DNA of 63,096 nucleotides, the filler included, from Octopus bimaculoides (lineage: Eukaryota): NCBI RefSeq assembly GCF_001194135.2. It is 5 parts of 4 records of this genome, joined end to end, with 100 filler letters (N's around TTAATTAATTAA, not from the genome) between each part and the next. Parts side by side here need not be neighbours in the genome. Positions count along the whole stretch, not along the records: positions 58,189 to 63,096 come from NC_068989.1; 4 more parts are not named here. One strand, given 5' to 3'. A model generated the notes under the pieces. It was not told where the DNA came from. It searched no databases and was given only the letters and a program-made list of their open reading frames with translations. Within the stretch, counting starts at the first letter, position 1. Each line of letters begins with the position of its first letter. This document shows positions 63,002 to 63,096 of this stretch, in pieces. The position numbers were made by a program, and so were the translations under genes.

Positions 63002-63096
63002 TCTTTTATTCGTTTACTTGTTTCAGTTATTTGTCTGCTGGAGCACCGCCATTTTAGTCGAACAAATCGACCCCAGTCTAGTAGGGTCTCACTTGC

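Overview
AT-rich, microsatellite-laden and gap-ridden eukaryotic genomic DNA. It is almost certainly from a coleoid cephalopod (Octopus), judged from the SINE families, microsatellite load and assembly-gap style; this assignment is from recalled repeat consensus, not a search. No prokaryotic-type genes or CRISPR arrays are present. The only confidently recognisable host coding sequence is two spliced + strand exons (53736-53855, 57058-57174) of an ACSF3-like malonyl-CoA/acyl-CoA synthetase; its other exons are not visible. The rest is a graveyard of mobile DNA: a Helitron, an RTE LINE fragment, two Gypsy LTR elements, Penelope-like remnants, two R4/Dong-like LINE ends in (TAA)n arrays, a SPIN/Charlie-like hAT, three Tc1/mariner copies (one full length with TIRs), several MITE/foldback elements, many tRNA-derived SINEs and a 5S rRNA-derived piece. 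The most interesting signal is a set of hammerhead-ribozyme motifs that the ORF track cannot show. Two near-canonical type-I hammerheads with long helix II and palindromic helix III sit in tandem on the - strand (7140-7227, 8326-8405). A third lies on the sense strand downstream of the second ACSF3-like exon, in presumed intron, and has competing folds (58336-58388). A fourth has a variant core (52206-52242). Hammerheads in Penelope-like elements are an established class, so any novelty lies in these particular architectures and contexts and remains untested.
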